Virus record (IMG/VR): IMGVR_UViG_3300050513_000092
Strand: one strand, 5' to 3'
Length of the DNA stretch: 64,000 nucleotides
Source of the DNA: an uncultured virus (IMG/VR IMGVR_UViG_3300050513_000092)
Taxonomy: Duplodnaviria > Heunggongvirae > Uroviricota > Caudoviricetes
Made by a program: the position numbers and the translations under genes
Part shown: piece after piece, positions 11,994 through 20,589 of the stretch
Position numbering within the stretch: position 1 is the first letter of the stretch
Layout: each line of letters begins with the position of its first letter
Notes under the pieces: model-generated
Told to the model about the DNA's origin: nothing
What the model saw: the letters and a program-made list of their open reading frames with translations, nothing else
The model's database searches: none

Positions 11994-12583
11994 GTGACCA
12001 CCTCGTAGTTGCTGTTGCGCCACCAGGGGATGCGATGCGCTGGTCCCCAGGTGATCGTCTCGCCCGCCTCGCTCACGGGGAAGAAGCGGTTGCGTCGCAG
12101 GTCGGTGATCTCCCAGACCTTGTAGACGCTGTTGATGTAGGGGATGCGGATGCGAGTGCCCTTCCGCACCTGCCCTCGCTTGGCGAGCTCGGCACGGCAC
12201 TCGGCCCGCCACTTGTCTGCCCAAGCACGGGCACCAGTCGGTGAGCCCGCTGGCCCTTCCCAGCCTTCGGCCTCGGTGTAGCGCACCGGCCCGTAGAGCT
12301 GGTCGGTCGGGCTGAGCAGGTCGAGGATGCGAGCGGGGCAGCGGTATTCACCTGGCCCCATGCTCTCGTCCATGTCCTTGTAGCCGAAGTTGTACTCGTC
12401 CCTCGGCACCCACTTGGTCAGGATCACGGCCGCGGACACGAGCCCATCAGGCTGGCGGACGGCAGCGTAGAACGTGCTGCTCACCGTGGCGCCATCGAGG
12501 ATCGTGTAGCCGTTGCCGAAGGTGTGCTGGAAGAACTCGACGTTCGACTCGCCCTTATCGCGGTGTGAGAAGGTCCAGCCCAT
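11990..12583 (-). CDS. DUF6927-like protein
   Basis: MGW start; FYAAV, NFGYKDMDESMGP, CPARILDLLSPT and WRAECR motifs. Confidence 0.75.
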   Translation of the reverse strand: MGWTFSHRDKGESNVEFFQHTFGNGYTILDGATVSSTFYAAVRQPDGLVSAAVILTKWVPRDEYNFGYKDMDESMGPGEYRCPARILDLLSPTDQLYGPVRYTEAEGWEGPAGSPTGARAWADKWRAECRAELAKRGQVRKGTRIRIPYINSVYKVWEITDLRRNRFFPVSEAGETITWGPAHRIPWWRNSNYEVVT

Positions 12584-13664
12584 CAGTCCTCCATCAGACG
12601 ACTGATCTCCGCTGGCGTGTAGCCAGCCTCGATCAGGTCCGACTCGTCGGCGACCTCGAGGAACAGCCGCTCCCCGACGTGCTCGATGAACGCTTCCTCG
12701 CTGGCCGTGCGGACAGCGGGGTCCTTCGCCAGGATCTCGTCGTAGAGGCTCACGACCTCCGCGTCGACGAGCGTGGTGACGTGGATCATCCGGGGCCGTA
12801 CTCGACCGGCTCAATCCTGAGCCGGACATCGAGCAGTCGATCGAGATCCTGCCGCTGCTCTTCGGTGAGGCTGGACATGGACTCGATGGCGAAGCTGAGT
12901 GCGGCTGCTCGTGAGTAGCCGAGTTTCAGCTCAGCCTTGTTGCCCACCATCAGCCCATGAGCCAAGACGGCAATGCTCATCAGCCGCCGCCCCTTGTTGG
13001 CGATCAGGATGTCGTCGATGATGCTCATCGACCCCACCTCCATGTGAACGGAGCACCGAGCCCGTAGCGCGGGCACTCGTGCGGGCCAGCGTGGCCCGCC
13101 TCGCGGTCGCAGCGGCGACCCGGCCGGATCACGAGGACGCCTCGTCCTCGGAAGTACGCTCGGCAGCGCATCAGCGGACCGAGCCCGCCAGCATGCCGAG
13201 GATCTGGTCGCCGACCTCGTCGATGGCTCGCGGGTAGCCGAACAGCGACCCGGGAGGGTATGACCAGACGACATGGCCCGCGGGGTTCATGCCGGTCCTC
13301 TGGTCCGCGAGGTTCCACCAGTCCTGCGGGAGCGCGGTGTCGAAGGTCGTGCCTTCGAGCCCGCGTGCCGCGATCTTGTCCTCGAACCGAACGGTGAGCC
13401 TCATGCCTACCAGCTCCTTCCTGCTGGCCGCGCGGCCAGCGATGCCAGACCGAACAGCGCATCCGCCTGGTCGCGGCCGAGGTGCATGAGCACCTTCTTG
13501 CCGTTGACCGCGACTGCGATCACGCCCGAGCCCTTCGACGGCTGCTCGAAGCCGACGAGCGCGAAGTTGCGCTCGCTGAGTGCGACCTCAGCCGCGATCC
13601 TCGCCCGCTCGATGCGGCTCAACGAGGACGGACTGGGGGCGCGGTTGCCGATGAATGTCCGCAT
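12583..13664 (-). CDS. Five small hypothetical genes (12583-12789, 12786-13028, 13025-13171, 13171-13404, 13407-13664)
   Basis: Coupled ORFs with GGAGG RBS. Confidence 0.55.
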
Positions 13665-13823
13665 GGGACAGACCTCCACTGACGGCAGACGAATGAGCGT
13701 GAGCATGGGTCTGCCGTAGCCCATGATCCCGCCTGATGCCCCATCACGGGGCGCGACGATTGCCAATCCCACACGACGCTGCACGCATGAGGCGTGGGTA
13801 GCCCTCACGCGCTGGTGATGCGG

Positions 13824-15262
13824 TCAGCGTGGTCCGCCGACCGCGAGTGCCAGGAGCACGACGAGCGCCACGACCGCGAGCCAGCCGAGCGCGTGCTTCG
13901 AGCGCTCGCTCCACCAGATCACCAATGGTCCGACGTGCGAGTGCTCACGGTAGGCGGCGCACCATTCCTCGCCGCGCTTGCCGTGCTTCGAGCGCCGGAT
14001 CACCGATCCCTGCCCGTGCCATAGATCGGCACGCCCGACCGCATGGTTGGGTGGATCGTCAGCGAGCGGCTGAGGCGCGTGTGGTTGGGGAACCCGAAGC
14101 CTTCGGGATCGAGGTCGGCGGGCACGGTTGGGGCGATGCGCGCCTCGACCACCCGGCCGTGAAACGCGGCCGGATCGGCGCCGAACACGGCCGCCTCGCG
14201 CAGGTCGACATCGACCGTCTCACGCGAGCCGTCTTCGTAGGTGACGAGCAACTTGGTCATGGGGTGACTGTGACCTCCACGGTCTAGGTGACTGTGCGAG
14301 CAGACAGCAGCGCCCGCGCCTGGCGGAGCAGATAGCCGCGAGGACTCATCCTTGCGACCCGCACGCGGACCGCACCGCGTACGATCAGGGGTGGAGCGTG
14401 GGCTCGTCCGCCTTGCGGAGGACGAATGACACGCAGTAGCCGCCCTCATCGCTCCACTGGGCATACGAGCGATGCTCGACGACCGTGTGGGGCGCGGCGA
14501 GGGCGCAGAGGGCCGCATACCCCTCGTTGGTGGACGCTGCCACGGGGAGCCAAGCGCGCCCAACGAGGCAACCCATCCACACGAGGGAGGGCGAGGGGCC
14601 TTCGATGAAGCGACCGACGATGGCCGCATCCTGGCTGGCCTTCACAGTGACTCACCTCCCGAGATAGGAGCATCAGCGCTGAACGGGGATCGCCCGTCAC
14701 GAGCTGCACGGGCGAGCGACCGCTCGCGCCATGCGGGCATGCCAACGCGGGTGACCGTGCGGGTGTGCGGAGCGGAGTCGCCCACCACGAGCACGTAGCG
14801 AGGGACAGGTACCGCCGCACGCGCCCGACCGGCCGCACGGATACGCTCACTGAGGGACACGGGAACCTCCTGCGCGACGGTCGCGCGGACATGGCAAAGC
14901 GCCTGCCCAGTGGGCACAGTGGCCCACCAGACAGGCGCATGGACGCGAGGGTACTAGCGCGCGGCGCGCATGGCGGCGAGGCCGCGCTTGCACGTCGAGT
15001 GCTGCTTGCTGCCCACGCCCTTGGGCGCGAAGAAGCCGCACTTGGCGACCCCGTACGCGCACGGGACACGGCTGGCAATGACCGCCGAGTAGAACGAGTT
15101 CTTCCCCTTCGGGGAAGCCTTCTTGGCGGTAGGCGGCTTCGCCGCCTTCACGGGCGCGGATGCCTGGGCGGGCGCGGACTCGGCCACGCTCGCGAGGATC
15201 TCCTCGCGGGAGAATCCGAGATCAGCCAGGCGCAGAATCTCCTCGATGCTGGGGATGGACAC
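13824..15262 (-). CDS. First genes of the leftward arm (13824-14003 with C-terminal TM, 14000-14260, 14385-14645, 14642-14860, 14954-15262 basic Cys/His protein)
   Basis: GTG/ATG starts after GGAGG or by overlap; separated by hairpin-rich spacers. Confidence 0.55.
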
Positions 15263-15402
15263 GGGTAGACCTCCAGTCAGGCGCAGGCGCGCCCCGCGTG
15301 TGCGGGGTAGGCGCAACCTCGCCTATATCCATCATGCACCCTGCCCCGGGGTGTCCCTTTCCCGGTGAGCACGTATGGAGCTCGAGCGTCATCGCGCAAA
15401 TC

Positions 15403-15559
15403 TGCCGACACACTCGGCAACGCTCGCGTCAGGGTGGCGAATCTGTCGACACTCTCGCCCCGATGTGCTGACACATCGCGTGAAATGTGCTGACACTGTC
15501 GACACATTCCGCTAGGATGTGCTGACACACCGGCCAGGATGACCGGCGAGTGTCGACAC
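15403..15559. repeat. Array of seven TGYYGACAC direct repeats in the divergent intergenic region
   Basis: Copies start at 15403, 15444, 15466, 15488, 15497, 15520 and 15551. Confidence 0.85.
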
Positions 15560-15587
15560 AACGAGGCCGAATGTGGCGCGACTCCGA

Positions 15588-15746
15588 TTGGACCTCACGA
15601 CCACGCTGCGTGGCTGGACCTTCGCGCGCAACGGGCACTGGCGCGGCAAGACCTGCCACGACCGCGCGTTCTGGGATCGGCACTGGCACCTGGGCGCCTG
15701 GGTGCTGTGGGCGCCGTCTCACGAGGAGGGTGGCCGGGACCGATGA
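15588..15746 (+). CDS. Small Trp-rich hypothetical protein
   Basis: Manual translation MDLTTTLRGWTFARNGHWRGK...; ATGA overlap with the next gene. Confidence 0.4.
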   Translation: MDLTTTLRGWTFARNGHWRGKTCHDRAFWDRHWHLGAWVLWAPSHEEGGRDR

Positions 15747-16039
15747 AAATCAGCGTCCGCAACTTCACCCGCGAGCCGAGCACCTACATCGACCGCGTGG
15801 CGCAGGGCGAGAGCTTCGAGCTGACCCGCTACGGGAAGCCGGTCGCCATCATCAGCTCCACCAGCGAGACGGCGGTCAGCGCGACCATCAGCACCCAGGT
15901 CGAGCACACCTCAACGGCCCCCACTCACCGACCGGCGCCCGAGCCGCTCGAGGTGAAAGGTGGATCATGGGCCGACCGCAACCCCAAGGCGGCGGCCACC
16001 GATGCGATCCTGGGCGCGTCCCGGGCTCGGAAGCGATAG
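15743..16039 (+). CDS. Phd/YefM-type antitoxin-like DNA-binding protein
   Basis: MKISVRNFTREPSTYIDRVAQGESFELTRYGKPVAII matches the Phd N-terminal domain. Confidence 0.75.
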   Translation: MKISVRNFTREPSTYIDRVAQGESFELTRYGKPVAIISSTSETAVSATISTQVEHTSTAPTHRPAPEPLEVKGGSWADRNPKAAATDAILGASRARKR

Positions 16040-16052
16040 ACGTGGAGGCATC

Positions 16053-16223
16053 ATGCCCAAGTGTTATGACGGCCGACGCCACCGCTGGGTGACCCGGCTG
16101 CGCTGGCCCAGGCAGGTCGAAGAGCTGTGGTGCCGCCGCTGCGGCGAGTGGAAGCTCGACGTCCTGGCGGGATCCCCGCGCCGCGGGGCCGACGAGGAGC
16201 TCCTGATGGTGGTGGACATCTGA
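16053..16223 (+). CDS. Small Cys/His (zinc-finger-like) protein
   Basis: C...H...CRRC; GGAGG RBS. Confidence 0.55.
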   Translation: MPKCYDGRRHRWVTRLRWPRQVEELWCRRCGEWKLDVLAGSPRRGADEELLMVVDI

Positions 16224-16597
16224 TGTACGAATACGCTGCAACGATCCTGCGCGTGGTCGATGGGGACACGGTGGAGGCTGAGGTCGATCTCGGCTTCGAC
16301 GTCCGCCACCGCATGAAGCTGCGCCTGTTCGGGATCAACGCCCCGGAGATGAAGACGCCCGAGGGGCTGCCCGCCAAGCAGCACCTCATCGCGCTCCTGC
16401 ACCCGGGGGCTCCCGCCGAGGCGCTGGCCTTCCTCGCGACCCAGTCGGTCGAGGTCACGATTCGCACCCAGAAGGATCGCCAGGAGAAGTACGGTCGCTA
16501 CCTGGCCGACATCTTCGTCGGGCTCAACACGCCGGGCCAGATCTGGGTCAACCGGCGCATGGTGGACGACGGCTTCGCGGTCGTGTACGAGCCATGA
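16223..16597 (+). CDS. Thermonuclease (SNase) family protein
   Basis: RVVDGDT, RLFGINAPE and KYGRYLA motifs. Confidence 0.9.
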   Translation: MYEYAATILRVVDGDTVEAEVDLGFDVRHRMKLRLFGINAPEMKTPEGLPAKQHLIALLHPGAPAEALAFLATQSVEVTIRTQKDRQEKYGRYLADIFVGLNTPGQIWVNRRMVDDGFAVVYEP

Positions 16598-17478
16598 CCC
16601 CGCCCACTCCGGCGACGGCGGCGAGCCGTCACGTTTTATCGAGGATGCACCCGCTGACTGCTCGTGGCATGAAGTGGGTCGGCATCGAGTTTCAGACCGA
16701 GCAGGACTGGAAGGAGGCGCTGGTCGCCATCGAAGCCGAGGCGCGGGCCGAGGCGGAGGGGCTGCTGCGGACGCTGGTGGAGGCACAGAACCCCGGCTCG
16801 ACTTACTACCGCGATGAGTGGCAGGAGGCCACAACAGCAGCCGAAACATTCTTGAAGGAGAAGGCATGACCCGCCGCAGTCCGTTTTACGCCTCCACCGA
16901 TCAGCCCGTGAAGCGCGTGAAGTTCATCCCGGTCAAGGATGGCGATTTGGTGGAGCTGGGAGCCACCAGCATCCCCGGCGCCACAGTCGGCTCCTCCGGG
17001 TATGCCGAGCAGATGGCAAAGCGATACCCGCACACCTTCATCGGCTTCAAGCCGTCAACCGGCCCGAAGGCCGCCGGATGGATCGTGGTGCTGGTGGATG
17101 AGGCCCACGTTTCCAGCCAGCCGGTGAAGAAGCTGCAGCGTCCACGACGCCGATTGAAGGCAGTCGGATGAGCCTCGCCGCCCACGCCACGCCAGCAGAG
17201 GAGACGTGATGCTGCCAGAGGAACGGGAGCGGGCGGACTTTATCGCAGAGGCGTCACGGCGTTCTATGCACCGCCTGATGGCAACGGCGCGATCCGGGCG
17301 ACAGCCGATGGATCATGGCGAGGCGTTCGAGATTGTCGTGAAGGGTCAGCATGGTGAGGCGTCCGTGTCCATGCAGTTGTCAGATACCGAGGCCGTGCTG
17401 CTAGAGATGCAGGAGGGAGCCCCCTGCTCCTTGTGCGGCACTGATCCCTGCTCGTGGTCGCGGGAGCCGCAGCCATGA
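16594..17478 (+). CDS. Hypothetical genes 16594-16869, 16866-17171, 13-aa mini-ORF 17168-17209 and 17209-17478
   Basis: Chain of ATGA/TGATG overlaps. Confidence 0.6.
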
Positions 17479-18242
17479 CCCCGCCGCCCGACGCGCTGGC
17501 GGCGACATCGGAGCGATCTCGCTCTGAAATCGCGCTGGCGGAGGCGCTGGAAGTGCTTGCCGCGATTGAGCATGAGCAGTGGGAGAAGTGGTCCCGCGAG
17601 GTTGCCGAGCAAGGGTTGACGCCTGAGCGGATCGAGCGATGGCATCGCTACTGGGTGCCCTACGCCGATCTCGATGACGCGACGCAGGAGCATGACCGCA
17701 AGTGGGCGCGTCGCTCGCTCGCCGCCCTCTCCGCCGCAGGCTGGGCGGTGGTGCGGACGGAGCCGGTTCGGGTCGCTGTTCACGAAGCCGAGCACCGGCC
17801 CGCGGACCATGAGCCCGCCGCAGCGGAAGGGGGGCTGCGAGAGGCGACGCCACAACTCCGTGACTGGGAGGACCTGCCCCACGGCGTCTACGACGGCGCG
17901 AACCGCTACGACGACGACAACGAGGCCGTACTGCACCTATGGGCGCATGGGCAGTCGTGGGACCTGCGGACCTCCTTGGAGGTCATCGGCCCGGTGTGGA
18001 GCGAGGTCACCGCGGAGGAGATGTGGGCCAACTATCGCGGCAAGTGGGTCGCCATCGACAACGACGAGATCATCGCCAGCGGTGACACTGCCACGGAAGC
18101 CTATGAGGGCGCACAGGCCGCTGGTGTAGAGGTCCCGCTGCTCCATCGCGTTCCCGAGAACGGAACCCTGCACTTCTACGGCATGCGGGTGCTCGCCCGC
18201 CTCCCCGCCGCCCACGCCGCGCCAGCAGAGGAGGAAGGGTGA
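17475..18242 (+). CDS. Modular cassette protein 1 (RyR-like domain + DUF5678-like domain between constant linkers)
   Basis: LAAIEHEQW...VPYADLDDATQEHDR is RyR-like; YRGKWVAIDNDEIIASGD is DUF5678-like; carries repeats A-E. Confidence 0.75.
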   Translation: MTPPPDALAATSERSRSEIALAEALEVLAAIEHEQWEKWSREVAEQGLTPERIERWHRYWVPYADLDDATQEHDRKWARRSLAALSAAGWAVVRTEPVRVAVHEAEHRPADHEPAAAEGGLREATPQLRDWEDLPHGVYDGANRYDDDNEAVLHLWAHGQSWDLRTSLEVIGPVWSEVTAEEMWANYRGKWVAIDNDEIIASGDTATEAYEGAQAAGVEVPLLHRVPENGTLHFYGMRVLARLPAAHAAPAEEEG

Positions 18243-18376
18243 TGTGGCGCTACTACCCGCTGACTGTCGGAGCGATTGTGCTGATCCTGCTCACTCAGGG
18301 CTGGGGCTGGGCAGTTGTCCTACCCGGCCTGTGGATGCTAGAGCGGTGGGGGCTATGGCACGACGAGATGAAGTGA
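18242..18376 (+). CDS. 44-aa hydrophobic membrane peptide
   Basis: Manual translation MWRYYPLTVGAIVLILLTQGWGWAVVLPGLWMLERWGLWHDEMK; overlaps both neighbours. Confidence 0.6.
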   Translation: MWRYYPLTVGAIVLILLTQGWGWAVVLPGLWMLERWGLWHDEMK

Positions 18377-19122
18377 CCCCGCCGCCCGACCCGCTGGCGG
18401 CGCTGGCGGAGGCGCTGGAACGGATGCGCCGATTGGTGTCCTCGTCCTATGACGGCGGCGTGAACGGCACTTGCTATGAGTGCCCGTATGCCTCTCCGCC
18501 GCTTGAGAAGGACGGCAGCGTTGCCGACTGGCGGGACATATCGAACGACCCGACCGAAGCGTACTTCCGCTGCTCGCTGCCGGGGCGCGACAACGCTGCG
18601 GTGGTGTGGGGTGAGTACGCGCCCTGCACTGAAGCGGAGTGGTTCGAGGCGCACCGGAGCGCCGCCCTCGCCGCCGCAGGCTGGGCGGTGGTGCGCAAGG
18701 GCAACTTCGAGGTCAAGGTCGCGGGGCATAGCGTCACGGATGCGATTTGGCCGCACAAGGCCGCGCAGGCGGGGGAGGGGCTGCCTGTGTCTGGTACTCG
18801 CGTCCTAGACGATGACGGCAACGAGGTCCGCTTTACGAGGGAGCCACAAGCGCGATGGCCCGCGCAGGCGGGGGAGGGGCTGCGAGAGGCGGTACAAGCC
18901 CTCTTTGACGAGGAAGATGCCGCTGACTATTCGGCCATTCGCTGGAACGTAGCATTCGATGCGCTCCGCGCTGCCCTTGCCCGCCTCCCCGCCGCCCCTG
19001 CCGCGCTGGAGGACCACGAGCACGACTGGCAGACCTTCACCGGGCCACATATTCAGGGCAGCGCGACCATCTGCTCGATCTGCGGCCTAATCGCCACGCC
19101 AGCAGAGGAGGAGGCAGGGTGA
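18373..19122 (+). CDS. Modular cassette protein 2 (Cys-rich and HxH...CxxC modules)
   Basis: GTG start MTPPPDPLAALAEALE; carries repeats A, B, C twice, D and E. Confidence 0.75.
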   Translation: MTPPPDPLAALAEALERMRRLVSSSYDGGVNGTCYECPYASPPLEKDGSVADWRDISNDPTEAYFRCSLPGRDNAAVVWGEYAPCTEAEWFEAHRSAALAAAGWAVVRKGNFEVKVAGHSVTDAIWPHKAAQAGEGLPVSGTRVLDDDGNEVRFTREPQARWPAQAGEGLREAVQALFDEEDAADYSAIRWNVAFDALRAALARLPAAPAALEDHEHDWQTFTGPHIQGSATICSICGLIATPAEEEAG

Positions 19123-19283
19123 ATCTCTTGCAACGTCGCCTCGTCGTTGGCATCGTCGGTCTGGCGTGGATCACCGCTGCGTGTCTCGGTTGGGTGACCA
19201 CATGGGTCAATCGGAGCGACACCTATTTATTCGGTGGACTGCTCGTGCTATTCGCCGTATTCATCTGGAGGCCCCAGCCATGA
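19119..19283 (+). CDS. 54-aa two-TM membrane protein
   Basis: Manual translation MNLLQRRLVVGIVGLAWITAACLGW...LFGGLLVLFAVFIWRPQP. Confidence 0.6.
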   Translation: MNLLQRRLVVGIVGLAWITAACLGWVTTWVNRSDTYLFGGLLVLFAVFIWRPQP

Positions 19284-19287
19284 CCCC

Positions 19288-19653
19288 GTGTTGACGCCCG
19301 ACGAGATCGTCGCGGACATCGAGTCCATGAAGCCTCGCAAGGGCAAGGTCACGATCTACCAGTCGTGGCCGCGCATGATCCTAGAGCGCGAACGGGAGGC
19401 TGTCGCCCTCGCCGCCGCAGGCTGGGCGGTGATGCCCGCGCAGGCGGGGGAGGGGCTGCGAGAGGCGCTGGAAGAAGCGATGGACTTGGGCATCTATCCG
19501 AAGAACGGTGGACCCAAAGGTGGCCCGCGCACGCGCTATCAGGACGGCTGGAACGCGGCCTGCATCCAGATTGCCGAGGCGTTTGAGAAGGCGTGGGAGG
19601 ATGCCCTTGCCCGCCTCCCCGCCTCCCCTGCCGCGGGGGAGGATGGGACGTGA
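19288..19653 (+). CDS. Modular cassette protein 3
   Basis: Carries repeats B, C and D; YQDGWNAAC module; start codon uncertain. Confidence 0.65.
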   Translation: MLTPDEIVADIESMKPRKGKVTIYQSWPRMILEREREAVALAAAGWAVMPAQAGEGLREALEEAMDLGIYPKNGGPKGGPRTRYQDGWNAACIQIAEAFEKAWEDALARLPASPAAGEDGT

Positions 19654-20098
19654 CGGAGCGACTGATTCCTGAGCTGCCAGCGCCGTGGGTCTTCGATGGC
19701 TATCGTCGCATGTGGGATGGCGGCAGACCGAACGAGCTCTGGCAGGCGCGCGCGGTGAACCCGCTCTCCGCCGAGGAAGATGATCGCGGTCTGAGAGTCG
19801 ACTACATGAGCGGCCTGGGGGCAACGCTCGAAGAAGCTCGCGATGCGCTGCTCGATGCGATGAAAGGACCGAGTGCGGACCAATGAGAGGGCTGACCTTC
19901 GAGTGGTGGGACGAATCTGGATCCAGCGGATCGATCACCGTCCCGCAGCCGAGCCGATGGTATCTTCGCTGGCCGCTGCGACTCGCGGCTTTCATCTGGA
20001 GCATGGTCGCTGACATCGAGACCCGGGAGCGTGAATGCGACATTTGCGGGGTCAAGGGCGGTCACACCCCCTATTGCGTACGACAGGCTCACCGATGA
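19650..20098 (+). CDS. Two hypothetical genes (19650-19886, 19883-20098)
   Basis: Coupled ORFs. Confidence 0.55.
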
Positions 20099-20589
20099 GG
20101 GAGAGCCTGCTGTGGGTGACCGCCAAGCTCGTGACCATCTTCATCGGGCTCGTGTTCGGCATGCTGCTCCTGGTCGCGATCATGGTGACGATCGCCAGCC
20201 GAGTGACCGCCTACGATGGTTGCAAGCCCTATCCTGTCGGCCCATACAGCCCAACTGGGATCGTCGGCTGCCAGGTCTACGGCGAGGGCATCGCGAGCTG
20301 GTATCACGGCACAGGGGTTGCTCGCAACGACTGCGTCTATCCCTGGATCGCCTGCCAGCCGATCCGCATCACTAGCCTCGATACGGGCCGCAGCGTCGTC
20401 GTCACGCCGACGATGTTCTGCGATTGCTACACCGGGACGCCAGACGAGCGTCTGGTCGACCTCGATCCAGAGACCGTGCAACGTCTCGGCCTCAACCCTA
20501 GTCGAGGACTGTTTCCGGTGAGGGTGGAGCCGTGGGTGGTGGGATCGGAGCCGCCCACGACTCTGCCCGATACAGCGATGGCGCGGTGA
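20095..20589 (+). CDS. Membrane-anchored RlpA-like (DPBB) lytic transglycosylase-like protein
   Basis: N-terminal TM helix; GIASWYHG and RLVDLDPETVQRLGL motifs. Confidence 0.65.
   Translation: MRESLLWVTAKLVTIFIGLVFGMLLLVAIMVTIASRVTAYDGCKPYPVGPYSPTGIVGCQVYGEGIASWYHGTGVARNDCVYPWIACQPIRITSLDTGRSVVVTPTMFCDCYTGTPDERLVDLDPETVQRLGLNPSRGLFPVRVEPWVVGSEPPTTLPDTAMAR

Larger units (their letters stand above)
17177..19635 (+). repeat. Dispersed in-frame 27-35 nt repeat families A-E
   Basis: A 17476/18374; B 17721/18661/19405; C 17814/18761/18859/19435; D 18195/18972/19602; E 17177/18207/19093. Confidence 0.9.

Noticed and set aside
14330..14385. Hammerhead-like GATGAGTCC on the minus strand
   Set aside because: The core is GGATGAG rather than CTGATGA, and there is no correctly placed GAAA.
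17168..19653. CRISPR array or DGR explanation for the repeats
   Set aside because: There are five different repeat types, in frame within genes, with spacing from 3 to about 350 nt. There is no cas operon, no reverse transcriptase and no adenine-specific TR/VR mismatch pattern.
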